Positions 1 to 10,663 are shown, numbered from the stretch's first letter. The stretch is DNA of 64,000 nt from an uncultured delta proteobacterium (GCA_963771175.1 CAVYSY010000032.1:512001-576000), one strand, 5' to 3'. Numbers and translations: made by a program. The notes: generated by a model not told the origin, from the sequence alone.

Positions 1-163
1 CACTGCTGAGTCGAAACGACTGAAACGAAGCGCTATCCGGGAGCCAGCCAACTCCAGCCCGCCGGCTCGGGGACGCGGAGCATCACCACAGCGGATGCGC
101 CAGGGCAAGCCACGCGGCGAATGCGCTGGCCACCCACGCCCCGGGTTGGTAGCAGCTTCCCCC

Positions 164-1716
164 ATGCGCCTCACCCTCCACCGTGGCGTCAGCCTGGCCG
201 TCCTCGCCTCGGCCCGCACCGAGGCCGAGCACCACGAGGACCTGGGTTGCAGCATCCAGGGCCCCACCGCCCGGCCCGTGCGTCAGGCCCATGTCCTCCT
301 CAAGCAGCGGCTCGCGGAGCTGGGGCCGGAGCGCTCCCTGCGCGAGGCGAAGTCCCTCGTGCGCTGGCTGGAGGAGACGCCCCGCTACGCCGCGCTATGC
401 GAGGGTGACAAGCGGCGCGGCGGCCGGCGCCTGCTGCGGCCCGAGGTGCTGTTCCCCGACGCGACGCGGCACAAGCCCCGCGTCCTCCACCTGCGCCAGG
501 AGCAGCTGGGGCTCGACTTCCCCGTGAAGGCCCGCGAGTGGCCGGCCCTGGCCGAGCTCTTCGCCTCGCTGGCGCGCGGAGCCACCCGCGCGGAGTTGCG
601 CGCCCTCTCGGCGGTCCCCGCGGTGGGCGAGCTGCTCGCGGACCTGTCGCAGCGCGGGCTGGCTGGTCCGCCACGAAGGCGCCGGTGGAGGTGCCCGCGC
701 CCGGCGCCCTCTTCGTCGGCCACAACACCGTGCTGGTGGCCAGCACCCAGGCGCGCGTCCTGGTGGATCCGTACTTCCGCCCGGCCAGCGGGTTCGACCC
801 GCCGGACTACCAGCCGATGCAGCCGAGGGACCTGGGCCAGGTCGACGCGGTGCTCATCACCCACTCGCACGGGGACCACTTCCACCTGGGCTCGCTGCTG
901 CAGCTCCCCCGCGACACGCGCATCTTCGTCCCGACGGTGGAGCGCGAGAGCCTCTTCTCCACCGACTGCGTGCTGCGGCTCGAGCAGCTCGGCTTCACGC
1001 GCGTCGAGGCCCTGCGCTGGGGCGAGGAGCGGCCGTGGGCGACGTCACCGTGCGCGCCCTGCCCTTCTACGGCGAGCAGCCCACCGACGGCGAGGGCCTC
1101 TACCCGGGCCTCTTCAACGAGGGCAACACCTGGCTGGTGCGCACGCCCGACTTCTCCGCGGCCTTCTTCGCCGACACCGGGCACGACGTGCGCGGCGACA
1201 TGCGCGCCGTCTGCCGGCGCGCTGCGGAAGGAGGCCCCGGTGGACGTGCTCTTCTGCGGCGTGCGCGGCTTCCGGCTCAAGCCGCTCTTCTTCGGCTTCA
1301 CCACGCTGGACGCCTATCTCGTCGACGTGCCCCTGGACGCGCTCGCGAAGCCGCAGCAGCTCATGGCCGGGCCGGAGGAGGCCCTGCACTACGGCGAGTT
1401 GCTCGGCGCGCGCTACGTGGTGCCCTGCGCCGACGGTGGGGCTCCCTGGTACTGGCGCGAGGGCATGGGCCCGCGCTACCCGGGCTATCCCGGCGAGCCG
1501 GTGAGCGGCGCCAGCACCCTGGACGAGAACCCGGACGCGGACCCCTACCCCGAGCGGCTGAAGCAGGTGCGCCGGCAGGTGGGTCATGGGCCCCAGGCCC
1601 TGCTACTGCGCCCGGGTGAGTCCCTGGCCTGGCGAGGCCGCAAGGCGCCGGAGCGCCTCCAGCACCCCGGCTTCGTCTGGCCCTTCGGCGGCATGCAGGC
1701 ACGGCGCGGCGCGTGA
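164..1716 (+). CDS. MBL-fold metallo-hydrolase with N-terminal extension (split by about 3 frameshifts)
   Basis: ATG at 164 (MRLTLHRG). Motifs LFVGHNTVLV..VLVDPY, THSHGDHFH and PFYGEQ..ADTG are spread over ORFs 95-1504, 538-1716 and 1035-1619. Confidence 0.75.
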
Positions 1717-1726
1717 AACGGACCGC

Positions 1727-2011
1727 TCAGGTTCCTTGCTGCTGGGCTCCGAGCTCGGGCCCGAGCTCCCGGATGGGCTCCTCGGGGATGGTCTTCAGGT
1801 TGAGCAGACCCGCCAGGACGTGCAGCTTCTCGTGCACCGATTCGTTGGTGAACTCGTGGAGGTCCGTCAACGCCTGGGCGTAGTCCGTGAGCGCGGCCAG
1901 CCACTCGTGCAGGCTCTCCGTGCTCGTGGGTTTCGCACGGGCCGCTTCGATTCGCGCGAAGGCCTCGTGCAGCCGGTCAGCAGCCTCATCTACATGCTTG
2001 GGGAGTGCCAT
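1727..2011 (-). CDS. Small helical hypothetical protein (94 aa)
   Basis: MALPKHVDEAADRLHEAF..., high GC3, purine-rich RBS upstream of ATG at 2011. Confidence 0.65.
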   Translation of the reverse strand: MALPKHVDEAADRLHEAFARIEAARAKPTSTESLHEWLAALTDYAQALTDLHEFTNESVHEKLHVLAGLLNLKTIPEEPIRELGPELGAQQQGT

Positions 2012-2208
2012 GGTCCCTACCCTCTCTGCTTCACCATGGGACCGCCCCGCCCCGACGTGCCAGGGCGCGCCGCAAGCCGGGTCGATGAGCGAGCACACGA
2101 GCCCGAGGAACCTGGGCCCGCCATGCACACGCGCTGGAGCGGACGGATCCTGAATCTCTGTAGCGCGGACCGGGAGGACGGTCGCGACAGAGGGGAAAGG
2201 GGGTCGAC

Positions 2209-2430
2209 ATGCGAGGACGTGAGCGCATCTGCAAGAAGCACATCAAACAGGCAGGCTGGAGCGTCGCGAACGAGGGTGAACAGGGGCAGAGCTACCACCT
2301 CGAGCTCCACGGGCCCCGAGGGGAGCAGATGAAGGTGGATGCCCCCACCAAGGCCCGCGCCTACCGCCATGCGGAGCGGCAGGTGAACGGCTCGGAGCCC
2401 GGAATGGCGCTCTGGGTCGGACAGGCCTGA
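2209..2430 (+). CDS. Hypothetical protein (73 aa)
   Basis: GAAAGGGGG RBS-like sequence before ATG, and it fills the intergenic gap. Confidence 0.5.
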   Translation: MRGRERICKKHIKQAGWSVANEGEQGQSYHLELHGPRGEQMKVDAPTKARAYRHAERQVNGSEPGMALWVGQA

Positions 2431-2521
2431 CCCACCTGGGGGGCAGCCGACCGGGCTGGTCCATCCCGCCCTCGACTGCCCTCGGGCCTACTCTACACGT
2501 CAGGACATTGAGGGGCGCGTC

Positions 2522-3385
2522 ATGAACGTTCAAGAGACCGACAAGCCGCAGGAGGGCCAGGAGATCAAGCAGGCATCTCCTGACGAGCAGTCGAGCAAAC
2601 CGAGCAAGGCACCGCCTCCGATGCAAGCGGATCAACGTCCCCCCATCGAGCGGGGCGCGCACCTGCTGGCGCTGAGCACACTCAAGAACGCGGAGATTCC
2701 CTTCGTGGTGGCGGGCGCCTACGCGCTCCACCTCTACACGGGCATCTATCGCGACACCAAGGACCTGGACATCTTCCTCAAGCGCGAGCACGTGGAGCGC
2801 GCGATGGAGTCCCTGGGGAGCATGGGCTTCCAGACGAACATGCACGACCCGGTGTGGATCGCGAAGGCCTACGCCAACGACGAGTACTTCGCCGACCTCA
2901 TCTTCAGCTCGGGTAACGGCGTGGCGGTGGTGGACGACTTCTGGATTGAACGGGCCAATCCGGGCGTCGTCCATGGGCTGCCCATCCTGGTGGCGCCGCC
3001 CGAGGACATCATCTGGTCCAAGGCCTTCGTCTGCGAGCGCGAGCGCTTCGACGGTACGGACATCAACCACCTCATCCTCGCCCGTGGCAAGCAGATGGAC
3101 TGGAAGCACCTGATGATGCGGTTCGACCCGCACTGGGAGGTGCTGCTGGCCCACCTGATCTTCTACCGCTTCAGCTACCCGGGCCAGCGCGACCACGTGC
3201 CCCGCTGGGTCTGGGACGAGCTGCTGGATCGGGCTCGCGACCAGCACAACGAGCCCGAGAAGAAGAAGCTCTGCCGGGGAATGTTGATCGCCAAGGGGCA
3301 GTACAGTGTGGACGTCGAGCACTGGGGCTACGCCGACGCCCGCCTGGAGGAAGTGCCGACCTTCCGCGACTACAAAAAGGACTGA
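2522..3385 (+). CDS. Nucleotidyltransferase family protein (Pol-beta-like)
   Basis: AGAYAL..RDTKDLDIF motif. Confidence 0.8.
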   Translation: MNVQETDKPQEGQEIKQASPDEQSSKPSKAPPPMQADQRPPIERGAHLLALSTLKNAEIPFVVAGAYALHLYTGIYRDTKDLDIFLKREHVERAMESLGSMGFQTNMHDPVWIAKAYANDEYFADLIFSSGNGVAVVDDFWIERANPGVVHGLPILVAPPEDIIWSKAFVCERERFDGTDINHLILARGKQMDWKHLMMRFDPHWEVLLAHLIFYRFSYPGQRDHVPRWVWDELLDRARDQHNEPEKKKLCRGMLIAKGQYSVDVEHWGYADARLEEVPTFRDYKKD

Positions 3386-3468
3386 GGCGCGCGACACGGC
3401 CCTTGCTCGCCTGGCAGTCCACCACTAGCAAGGGGGACCCTCGTTCCCCTGAACCGAGGCCCTCCTCG

Positions 3469-3867
3469 ATGTCCCTCTCCACGCTCTGCCTGCGCTGCGG
3501 CCTGTGTTGCGACGGCACCCTCTTCACCCACGTGCCGCTGCTGCGCACCGAGGTCGCACCGTTGCAGGCGCTCGGGCTGCCGGTGAAGGAGCGCGAGGAC
3601 GGCACGCCGGTGCTCCCCCAGCGCTGCGCGGCACTGGACGGGAGCCGGTGCACCGCCTACGCGGAGCGTCCCGAGGGCTGCCGCCGCTACCACTGCAACC
3701 TCTTCTCCGCGCTCGCCGAGGGTGAGGTGTCCCTCGACGAGGCCCTCGCCGTGGTGGACCGGGCGCATGCCCTGCGCGCCTCGACGGGCCCGGAGCGCGG
3801 GCCCGAGCTGGAGGACTACCTCGACCGACACTTCCGGGGTCGCAACCGGCGCTCCACGGCGCAATAG
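3469..3867 (+). CDS. YkgJ-family cysteine-cluster (Zn/Fe-chelating) protein
   Basis: CLRCGLCC..CAAL..C..Y..RP..CRRYHC pattern. Confidence 0.8.
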   Translation: MSLSTLCLRCGLCCDGTLFTHVPLLRTEVAPLQALGLPVKEREDGTPVLPQRCAALDGSRCTAYAERPEGCRRYHCNLFSALAEGEVSLDEALAVVDRAHALRASTGPERGPELEDYLDRHFRGRNRRSTAQ

Positions 3868-3948
3868 CCCGCGGTGATTCGTAGCGTGGGCGACGGAGCG
3901 GGCGGGGATTGATTGGAGCCTCGGGAGGGCGTCGTTAGCCTGACGGGC

Positions 3949-5355
3949 ATGCGCTCCTGGATCTTCGCCGCCGCGTTGCTGTGGGTGTCCTCGTCCGGCT
4001 GTAGCCACTCCTCCACGAAGACGCCCGCCGATGCCGGGCAGGGCTCCGGACAGGATGCCGGACAGGACGCCGGGCCTCGCACGGAGCCCCCCGATGCGGG
4101 CCCGAGCGACAACAACCCGAGCCCGCCCGTGGGAGCCAGCGTGCAGGTGCCCGTGACGGTCCCCGAGGGCCTGCGCGACTCCCCGTTCAACTCACCGCGC
4201 ACCCTCACGGTGCCGCCCGGCTTCTCCATCTCCGTCTTCGCACGCATCCCGGGTGCACGCTTCCTGGCGGTCGCGCCCAATGGAGACGTGCTGGTGTCAC
4301 AGCCGGACACGGGGACGGTGAAGCAGGTGCGGCCGAGGCCCGGACAGGCGCCCGAGGTGCTCGACTGGGCCACCGACCTACGCCGTCCCCATGACATCGT
4401 CTTCCACACCCGAGGGGGCACCACCTGGGTGTACGTGTCCGAGACGCACCGGGTGACGCGCTCGGTCTGGGAGCCGGGCGACACGCAGCGCCGCGACGCC
4501 GAGGTGCTGGTGGACGGACTGCCGGACTCGAGCTCGCCCGAGCTGAATGGCCGCTACGGGCACGAGTTGAAGAACATCGCGGTGGACTCGGCGGGGCGCC
4601 TCTACGTCTCCATCGCCTCCACCTGCAACGTGTGCCAGGAGGACACGCGGAGCACGCCCGAGCGCGCCACCCTCTACCGCTACGGGCCGGACGGCGGCGC
4701 GGGGCAGCTCTTCGCCCGGGGCCTGCGCAACGCAGAGGGCCTCGCCTTCGTGCCCGGCACGGACACCCTCTGGGTGACGGTGAACGCGCGCGACAACATC
4801 CCCTACCCGTTCGACGACGGCACCGGCCAGTACGGCAAGGTGCTGGCCCCGTACGTGGACGATCACCCGCCCGAGGCCCTCACCCACGTGCGCGAGGGCG
4901 GAAACTACGGCTGGCCCTTCTGCAATCCCAACCCGGACACGTCGAGCAAGCTCGAGCAGATGCCCTTGGATCGCGACTACGACCTCAACCGCGCCGGGAG
5001 CGTGGACTGCGACCGGATGGAACGCTTCGACCAGGGCATCCAGGCGCACTCGGCGCCGCTGGGGATGTTCTTCCTCAACGGCACGGCCTTCCCCGCGCCC
5101 TACAACCCGGGGGTGGTGGTGGCCTACCACGGCTCGTGGAACCGCACGCGGCGCACCGGCTACAAGGTGACGTACTTCGCATGGGACACGGCGGCGGGCC
5201 AACCCACCACGGAGATGGAGCTCGTCACCGGCTGGGTGTCACCAGACGGCAGGAGCGTGTGGGGCCGCCCGGTGGACGTGGGCGTCACCGCCGACGGAGG
5301 CCTGCTCATCAGCGATGACCAGGCGGGAGCGCTGTACCTGCTGCGCAAGCAGTGA
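3949..5355 (+). CDS. PQQ-dependent sugar/sorbosone dehydrogenase family lipoprotein
   Basis: Signal peptide ending in Cys, with GLRNAEGLAF, NYGWP, AHSAPLG, HGSWNR and GRPVDV motifs. Confidence 0.85.
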   Translation: MRSWIFAAALLWVSSSGCSHSSTKTPADAGQGSGQDAGQDAGPRTEPPDAGPSDNNPSPPVGASVQVPVTVPEGLRDSPFNSPRTLTVPPGFSISVFARIPGARFLAVAPNGDVLVSQPDTGTVKQVRPRPGQAPEVLDWATDLRRPHDIVFHTRGGTTWVYVSETHRVTRSVWEPGDTQRRDAEVLVDGLPDSSSPELNGRYGHELKNIAVDSAGRLYVSIASTCNVCQEDTRSTPERATLYRYGPDGGAGQLFARGLRNAEGLAFVPGTDTLWVTVNARDNIPYPFDDGTGQYGKVLAPYVDDHPPEALTHVREGGNYGWPFCNPNPDTSSKLEQMPLDRDYDLNRAGSVDCDRMERFDQGIQAHSAPLGMFFLNGTAFPAPYNPGVVVAYHGSWNRTRRTGYKVTYFAWDTAAGQPTTEMELVTGWVSPDGRSVWGRPVDVGVTADGGLLISDDQAGALYLLRKQ

Positions 5356-5555
5356 GAGCCCACGTCTTGATCGAGCCGGGCCTCGAACCGCAGCACCGTC
5401 GCGGTGTCGGCGGCAATCACCCATCGAGGCACATTCGCGCTCATGTGCTTCTTTCCCTGGCAACCGGATGACTCGAAAGGTAGCATCCGCTCCCCACATT
5501 CCAGCCACCTTTGAAGTCACGACAACTTCAGAGGTCAAGCCACCTGGAGGAGCAC

Positions 5556-5978
5556 ATGAATCGAGATCAATTCCTGACGTGGTCGGAGACCGTCCTGCTT
5601 CCCTGCGCCGCGCCGGGCGCCATTCCGAGTGGGGGTGGCGCCTACCGGAGCATCCGCACGGCCCCGAGGCAGTACCTCGGCGTCGATGTGCTCCAGGATG
5701 GAACCCTGCGCGTCTACCTCTACTCCAACAGCTCCGCGCTCAAGGAGCGCTGGCTGCGGCTGAAGCTCGCCCTGGAAGCGGGTGGCGCTGGCGCTCCCGT
5801 AACGCTGGACTCGCTCCCGCCGGAGGCGCGCCCCCGCCTCTACGTGCGCGACAACGGCGAGGAGCAGCGCGGCTTCTTCGGCTTCGAGTGGCGCCGCGGC
5901 TCGCGCGACCTCCTCCCCGAGCAGATGCCGCTGACCCAGTATGTGGAGTGGCTGCGCGAGGTGGCGCTCAAGGGGTGA
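5556..5978 (+). CDS. Hypothetical protein
   Basis: GGAGG RBS before ATG at 5556 and coding-like GC3. Confidence 0.65.
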   Translation: MNRDQFLTWSETVLLPCAAPGAIPSGGGAYRSIRTAPRQYLGVDVLQDGTLRVYLYSNSSALKERWLRLKLALEAGGAGAPVTLDSLPPEARPRLYVRDNGEEQRGFFGFEWRRGSRDLLPEQMPLTQYVEWLREVALKG

Positions 5979-6008
5979 GGGCTCGGCGCCTCCACCCCAG
6001 ATGCCCCC

Positions 6009-7100
6009 TCATCCCTTGGGCATCGCCACCAGGTCGAAGTCCGGGATGTGCTCGCGCATGTACTCGCGCATGCGGTTGATGAGGGCGGCTTCGATCTGCC
6101 TCGCCCGCTCGCGACTCACCCCGTACTTGTCCCCGATGTCCTGCAGCGTCAGCGGCTCGTCGGAGATCAGCCGGTTCTCGAAGATGTAGCGCTCCTTGCC
6201 TTCCAGCGTCTTGGCGAACTCCTGGAGCTTCTCCCGGAAGAGGGACTTGAGCTGCTCGTTCCCCAGCCGCTCCTCCGCGCCCTGCTGCGCCGAGGGCAGG
6301 AACCGCTCCCCCCGCGTCGCCGACGAATCCTCCCCTCCCACCGGCGCGTCCAGCGACACCTCGTCGTGTCCCAGCCGCTGGTCCATCTCCATCACGTCCT
6401 GCTCGGTGACGTTGAGACGCTCGGCCAGCAGCTTCGGCGTCACCTCGAAGCCCTGGGCCAGCAACTTCTCCTGCTCCTGGCGCAACTTGAAGAAGAGCTT
6501 CCGCTGGGCCTCCGTCGTCCCCAGCTTCACCATCTTCCAGTTGTCCATGATGTAGCGAAGGATGTAGGCGCGAATCCACCAGGCCGCGTAGGAGCTGAGC
6601 TTCACCCCGCGCTCCGGGTCGTACTTCTTCACCGCCTGCATCAGCCCGATGTTGCCCTCCTGCACCAGGTCCAGCAGGGACAGGGGGTTGCGGTGGTACT
6701 CGTGCGCCAGCTTCACCACCAGGCGCAGGTTGGCCGCCACCAGGCGGTAGGCCGCCTTCACGTCCCCCGTGTCCCGGAAGTGCCTGGCCAGTGCCACCTC
6801 CTCCTCTCGGGAGAGCAAGGGGTGGCGCGTCACCTCGGCCATGTACGACTGGAGGGGGTCCGCCCGGGTCAGCCCCGACTCCCCCGCCTTCACCAGGGCC
6901 GCCGGAGCGCGCGCGGGGGCCTCCTCCACCTCGGCTTCTACCTCCTCCAGTTCCTCGGGGGCGGGCTCCAGGGCCTCCGGTTCCAGCTCGGCGGATTCCG
7001 CCTCCACCGCCTCCGCTTCCTCGGGGGGTGGGGCAGCGGCGGGCCGCTTCGCCCGGGTCCGGGAGCCTGGGCTCCCCGTTTTCTTCCTCCCATTCGCCAT
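6009..7100 (-). CDS. rpoH: RNA polymerase sigma factor, sigma-32/RpoH family
   Basis: ANLRLVVK, DLVQEGNIGLMQAVKKYDP, RpoH box QRKLFFKLR, and region 4 TLQDIGDKYGVSRERARQIE. Confidence 0.9.
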   Translation of the reverse strand: MANGRKKTGSPGSRTRAKRPAAAPPPEEAEAVEAESAELEPEALEPAPEELEEVEAEVEEAPARAPAALVKAGESGLTRADPLQSYMAEVTRHPLLSREEEVALARHFRDTGDVKAAYRLVAANLRLVVKLAHEYHRNPLSLLDLVQEGNIGLMQAVKKYDPERGVKLSSYAAWWIRAYILRYIMDNWKMVKLGTTEAQRKLFFKLRQEQEKLLAQGFEVTPKLLAERLNVTEQDVMEMDQRLGHDEVSLDAPVGGEDSSATRGERFLPSAQQGAEERLGNEQLKSLFREKLQEFAKTLEGKERYIFENRLISDEPLTLQDIGDKYGVSRERARQIEAALINRMREYMREHIPDFDLVAMPKG

Positions 7101-7169
7101 GGGGAGTTTCCTTATGCAAAGTGAGCCGATTGTTGCCAGAGGGTAATGCAGGGGTTATGCCCCTGTCTG

Positions 7170-9581
7170 ATGAGCGACATTCAAGACCCGGAGCAGCCGG
7201 GAACCACTGCCGAAGCGTCGACCCGCCCCGCCGAGTACGTCGCGGATGTCAGCTTCGAAGACCTGAACCTCTCCGAGCCCCTGCGGCGTGCCATCGCCGA
7301 GCGCGGCTATACCCACCCTACCCCCGTCCAGGCCAAGGCCTTCGGCCCCGTCATGGCGGGCAAGGACCTCATCGTGCGCAGCAAGACCGGCACGGGCAAG
7401 ACGGCCGCCTTCGGCCTGCCCCTGCTGGAGAAGATTGCCGCCGAGGACAAGCGGGTGCGCGCCCTCATCCTCTGCCCCACGCGCGAGCTGGCGATCCAGG
7501 TGGCCGAGGAGCTGTCCTCCCTGGGCAAGCACAAGGGCGTGAAGGTGGCGGCCATCTACGGCGGCGCCTCCATGAAGCAGCAGGAGGACGCCCTGGAGGA
7601 GGGCACGCAAATCATCGTGGGCACGCCCGGCCGGGTGTTCGACCACATCAACCGCGGCAACCTCAAGCTCGAGGGCTGCACCCACGCGGTGCTGGATGAA
7701 GCCGACGAGATGCTCAACCAGGGCTTCTACGAGGAGGTCACCCGCATCCTCGACCGCCTCCCCAAGGACCGGCAGGTGCTGCTCTTCAGCGCCACCGTCC
7801 CCACGGACATCCAGAACCTGATCGCCCGCTACACCACCAACGCCGAGACGCTGCTGCTCTCCGGCGACGTCTTCACCGTCGAGCACATCCACCACATCCG
7901 CTACGACGTGTCGGACGCCTTCCCCAAGCCGCGCAACCTCATCTACGTGCTGGAGGCGGAGGAGCCGCAGAACGCCATCATCTTCTGCAACACCCGGGAT
8001 GACACGGCGCTGGTGACGGCGGTGCTCAACCGCAATGGCTTCGACGCGGACCTGCTCAACGGGGACCTGCCGCAGAAGGAGCGCGAGCGGGTGATGGGCA
8101 AGGTGAAGCGCGGCGAGGTGGCCTTCATGGTGGCCACGGACATCGCGGCGCGCGGCATCGACATCTCCGGCCTCGAGTACGTCATCAACTACTCGCTGCC
8201 CGAGGACCCGGCCGTGTACCTGCACCGGGTGGGCCGCACCGGCCGCATCGGCAACAAGGGCACCGCCATCAACCTCTTCTCCGGCCGCGAGCTGGCCACG
8301 TACACCGTGCTGGAGAAGAAGTACGGCATCAAGTTCGAGAAGCGCGAGATGCCCGCCCCCGAGGAGGCCATGCGCCTGTGGGCCGAGCGCCACGTGCGCG
8401 AAATCCGCGAGGCCGCCTCCGGCTCCATCTTCGAGGGCTTCCTCCCCCTGGCCACCCAGCTCAAGGGCCGGGCGGACGCGGATGACCTCATCGCCTTCCT
8501 GCTCAAGTACTTCTTCAGCCACCTGCGCATGGAGAAGGCCCTGGCCGCCGGGGAGACCGAGCGCACCGAGCCGCAGGAGCGCAAGCCCGAGAGCCGCCGC
8601 AAGGAAGGCGGCAGGGACCGGGAGCGCCCCCGCGAGAGGGAGCGCGAGCGGGAGAGGCCTCGGCGCGAGGAGCGTCGGGAGGTCCGTGGGGAGGCCGGCG
8701 AGCGGCGTGAGCGGGTCGAGCGGCCCCGCCGTGTCGAGCGCGAGCGCGGCCCCGGAGGGATGGAGGCCGGCCCCGGCGAGGTGAAGCTGTGGATCAACCT
8801 GGGCACCGAGGATGGCCTCGGGCCCGGCAGCATCGTCACCGCCCTGGAGGAGGCCGGCGCCCCCGCCAACAAGGTGGTGCGCGCCGACCTCAAGCCGGGC
8901 TTCGCCTACGTCTTCATCGCCCAGGAGGACCTGCCGGGCTTCGAGGCCCTCAACGGCAAGCAGTACAAGGACAAGGCGCTGAAGGTGGAGAAGAGCCGGC
9001 CGCGCGGCGAGCGCGACCCGAACCGGCCGCCGCCCTCGCCCGACGCCGGCCCCGGCGAGGTGAAGCTGAAGTTCAACCTGGGCACGGACGACGGCCTGGA
9101 CGACGCGAAGTTCGTCACCGCCCTGGAGGCCGCTGGCGCCCCCGCGGGCAAGGTGCTGAAGACGGTGCTGCGCCCCGGCTACGGCTACGCCTACGTGGCC
9201 GAGGCGGACGCCCCCGCCTTCGAGGGTCTCACCGGCAAGCAGCACGGCGAGAAGGTGCTCAAGGTGGATCGGCACCGGCCCCGCGGCTTCCGCGAGCGGC
9301 CGCCGCGCGCCGAGCGTCCCGAGCGCACCGAGACGCCCGAGGTGCCCGGCCAGGCGCGCCTGTGGGTGGGCCTCGGCCGCTCCGAGGGACTGGATGAGGC
9401 GGCCCTCACCGGCGCCCTGGAGACGCTGGGTGCCCCGGCGGGCAAGGTGCAGCGCGTGGAGCTCAAGCCCACCTACGCGTATGTCTTCGTCGCCGACGAG
9501 GACGTGGCCGGCTTCGAGGCCCTCAACGGCAAGCAGCACGGCGAGAAGACGCTGAAGATCGAGCGCGCTCGCCGCCGGTAG
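7170..9581 (+). CDS. deaD: DEAD-box RNA helicase (DeaD/CsdA-like) with three C-terminal DbpA-type RRM repeats
   Basis: Q motif, SKTGTGKT, PTRELA, DEAD, SAT, ARGID and HRVGRTGR motifs, followed by three repeated domains of about 75 aa. Confidence 0.9.
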   Translation: MSDIQDPEQPGTTAEASTRPAEYVADVSFEDLNLSEPLRRAIAERGYTHPTPVQAKAFGPVMAGKDLIVRSKTGTGKTAAFGLPLLEKIAAEDKRVRALILCPTRELAIQVAEELSSLGKHKGVKVAAIYGGASMKQQEDALEEGTQIIVGTPGRVFDHINRGNLKLEGCTHAVLDEADEMLNQGFYEEVTRILDRLPKDRQVLLFSATVPTDIQNLIARYTTNAETLLLSGDVFTVEHIHHIRYDVSDAFPKPRNLIYVLEAEEPQNAIIFCNTRDDTALVTAVLNRNGFDADLLNGDLPQKERERVMGKVKRGEVAFMVATDIAARGIDISGLEYVINYSLPEDPAVYLHRVGRTGRIGNKGTAINLFSGRELATYTVLEKKYGIKFEKREMPAPEEAMRLWAERHVREIREAASGSIFEGFLPLATQLKGRADADDLIAFLLKYFFSHLRMEKALAAGETERTEPQERKPESRRKEGGRDRERPRERERERERPRREERREVRGEAGERRERVERPRRVERERGPGGMEAGPGEVKLWINLGTEDGLGPGSIVTALEEAGAPANKVVRADLKPGFAYVFIAQEDLPGFEALNGKQYKDKALKVEKSRPRGERDPNRPPPSPDAGPGEVKLKFNLGTDDGLDDAKFVTALEAAGAPAGKVLKTVLRPGYGYAYVAEADAPAFEGLTGKQHGEKVLKVDRHRPRGFRERPPRAERPERTETPEVPGQARLWVGLGRSEGLDEAALTGALETLGAPAGKVQRVELKPTYAYVFVADEDVAGFEALNGKQHGEKTLKIERARRR

Positions 9582-9717
9582 TCGGCTCGCTCGGAGGGCG
9601 GGGTTGCGGCCCACACCGCCCCCGCCCCGAGCACCCCCCGGATGGCCTGGACTCGCCCCGCCGTGTCCGACGACCGCTCGCCGCAGGGAGGCACGGGCCA
9701 TACCTACACGCCACCGG

Positions 9718-9903
9718 CAGCACTGCCTCACCGGGCACCCAGAGAAGGCCCTGGAGTACTTCCTGCGGGCGGCCGAGACAGCGCTGATCGACCTGGAGTG
9801 GACCGACCGCTGCCCCGCGCTCGCGCCCCTGCGCGCGCTCCCGGGCTTCGCCGAGGGCCGACGTCAGGTGCGAGCCCGGGTGGCCGCCATCTGGAATGGG
9901 TAG
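9718..9903 (+). pseudogene. Orphan C-terminal fragment resembling the tail of myxobacterial kinase/TPR proteins
   Basis: EKALEYFLRAAETALIDLEWTDRCPALAPLRALPGFAE..RARVAAIW with no convincing start. The family resemblance is from recall only. Confidence 0.45.
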
Positions 9904-9917
9904 GCCTCGGGGGCGCG

Positions 9918-10646
9918 TCAGAAGTCCTCGCGAGCCTCGGCCAGGGTGTACTCCTTCCGGGCGCGGACGAGCGGCCCTGTCTTCTCCACCAGCCACGCGG
10001 GCGCGCCCTCCGGCAGGTAGAAGGACTCCTCGAAGGGCGACAGCCCCAGGTGGCGCAGGTACTCCTGGAGCATGTCGAAGGTGAACCGGTCCCTCACCCG
10101 GCGCGACTGGTACTGCTCCGGTTTCTCGAAGGAAAAGGGCTCACCGAACTGGTCGAAGGCCCAGCGGCCTCCGTCGTTGAGTGCGCTCACGGCGCGTATG
10201 CAGTTGAGCCAGGCCGTCTGGTGCGGGCCATACATGGCGAGCGCCACGGCACCATAGCGGCCCTTGTCGTTCCGGATGGTATTGGGCACGGCGACCACAC
10301 GCAGGCACCGGCAGCCCAGCGTCCGAGCCATGTAGCGCATGGGGCCGGCGGCATCGGTCCCCCGCCAGCCGTTCTCGACGTACGCCGTCCAGGGGCCGCG
10401 GGTCGGGATGAAGAGATGCCGCTGCGTTTCGGAATCCGTGAGGGGCAACAGGGCGGAGAGAGCCTGTTCCAGGGAGCCCGTCACCGGGCGAACCTCGACG
10501 GCGACACCATCGGGCGCCAGCAGCCCTGCTTGCCACGCCGCGTAGGCGCGAGCGGCATGCTCCGCATCGGTCTCCAGAAATCCCATCTCCGAAGTGACGG
10601 GCGCCCAGCGGTCGTCCAGGAGCAGTCCCTTCATGTTCTCGGTCAT
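9918..10646 (-). CDS. Putative immunity protein (SitI-like)
   Basis: 242-aa aromatic-rich soluble ORF starting 17 bp downstream of the lipoprotein toxin gene. Confidence 0.6.
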   Translation of the reverse strand: MTENMKGLLLDDRWAPVTSEMGFLETDAEHAARAYAAWQAGLLAPDGVAVEVRPVTGSLEQALSALLPLTDSETQRHLFIPTRGPWTAYVENGWRGTDAAGPMRYMARTLGCRCLRVVAVPNTIRNDKGRYGAVALAMYGPHQTAWLNCIRAVSALNDGGRWAFDQFGEPFSFEKPEQYQSRRVRDRFTFDMLQEYLRHLGLSPFEESFYLPEGAPAWLVEKTGPLVRARKEYTLAEAREDF

Positions 10647-10663
10647 CCGCTGAGCCTCGCCCC

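Noticed and set aside
3..30. Hammerhead-ribozyme-like string CTGCTGAGTCGAAACGACTGAAAC
   Set aside because: The core deviates (CUGCUGA instead of CUGAUGA, extra U before GAAA), and stem I/III partners would lie outside the window. It cannot be supported without an Infernal scan.
7155..9731. Long antisense ORFs (also 24539-28135, 38491-40305, 58451-60823 and others)
   Set aside because: Shadow ORFs expected from high GC3 on the opposite strand, with no domain motifs.
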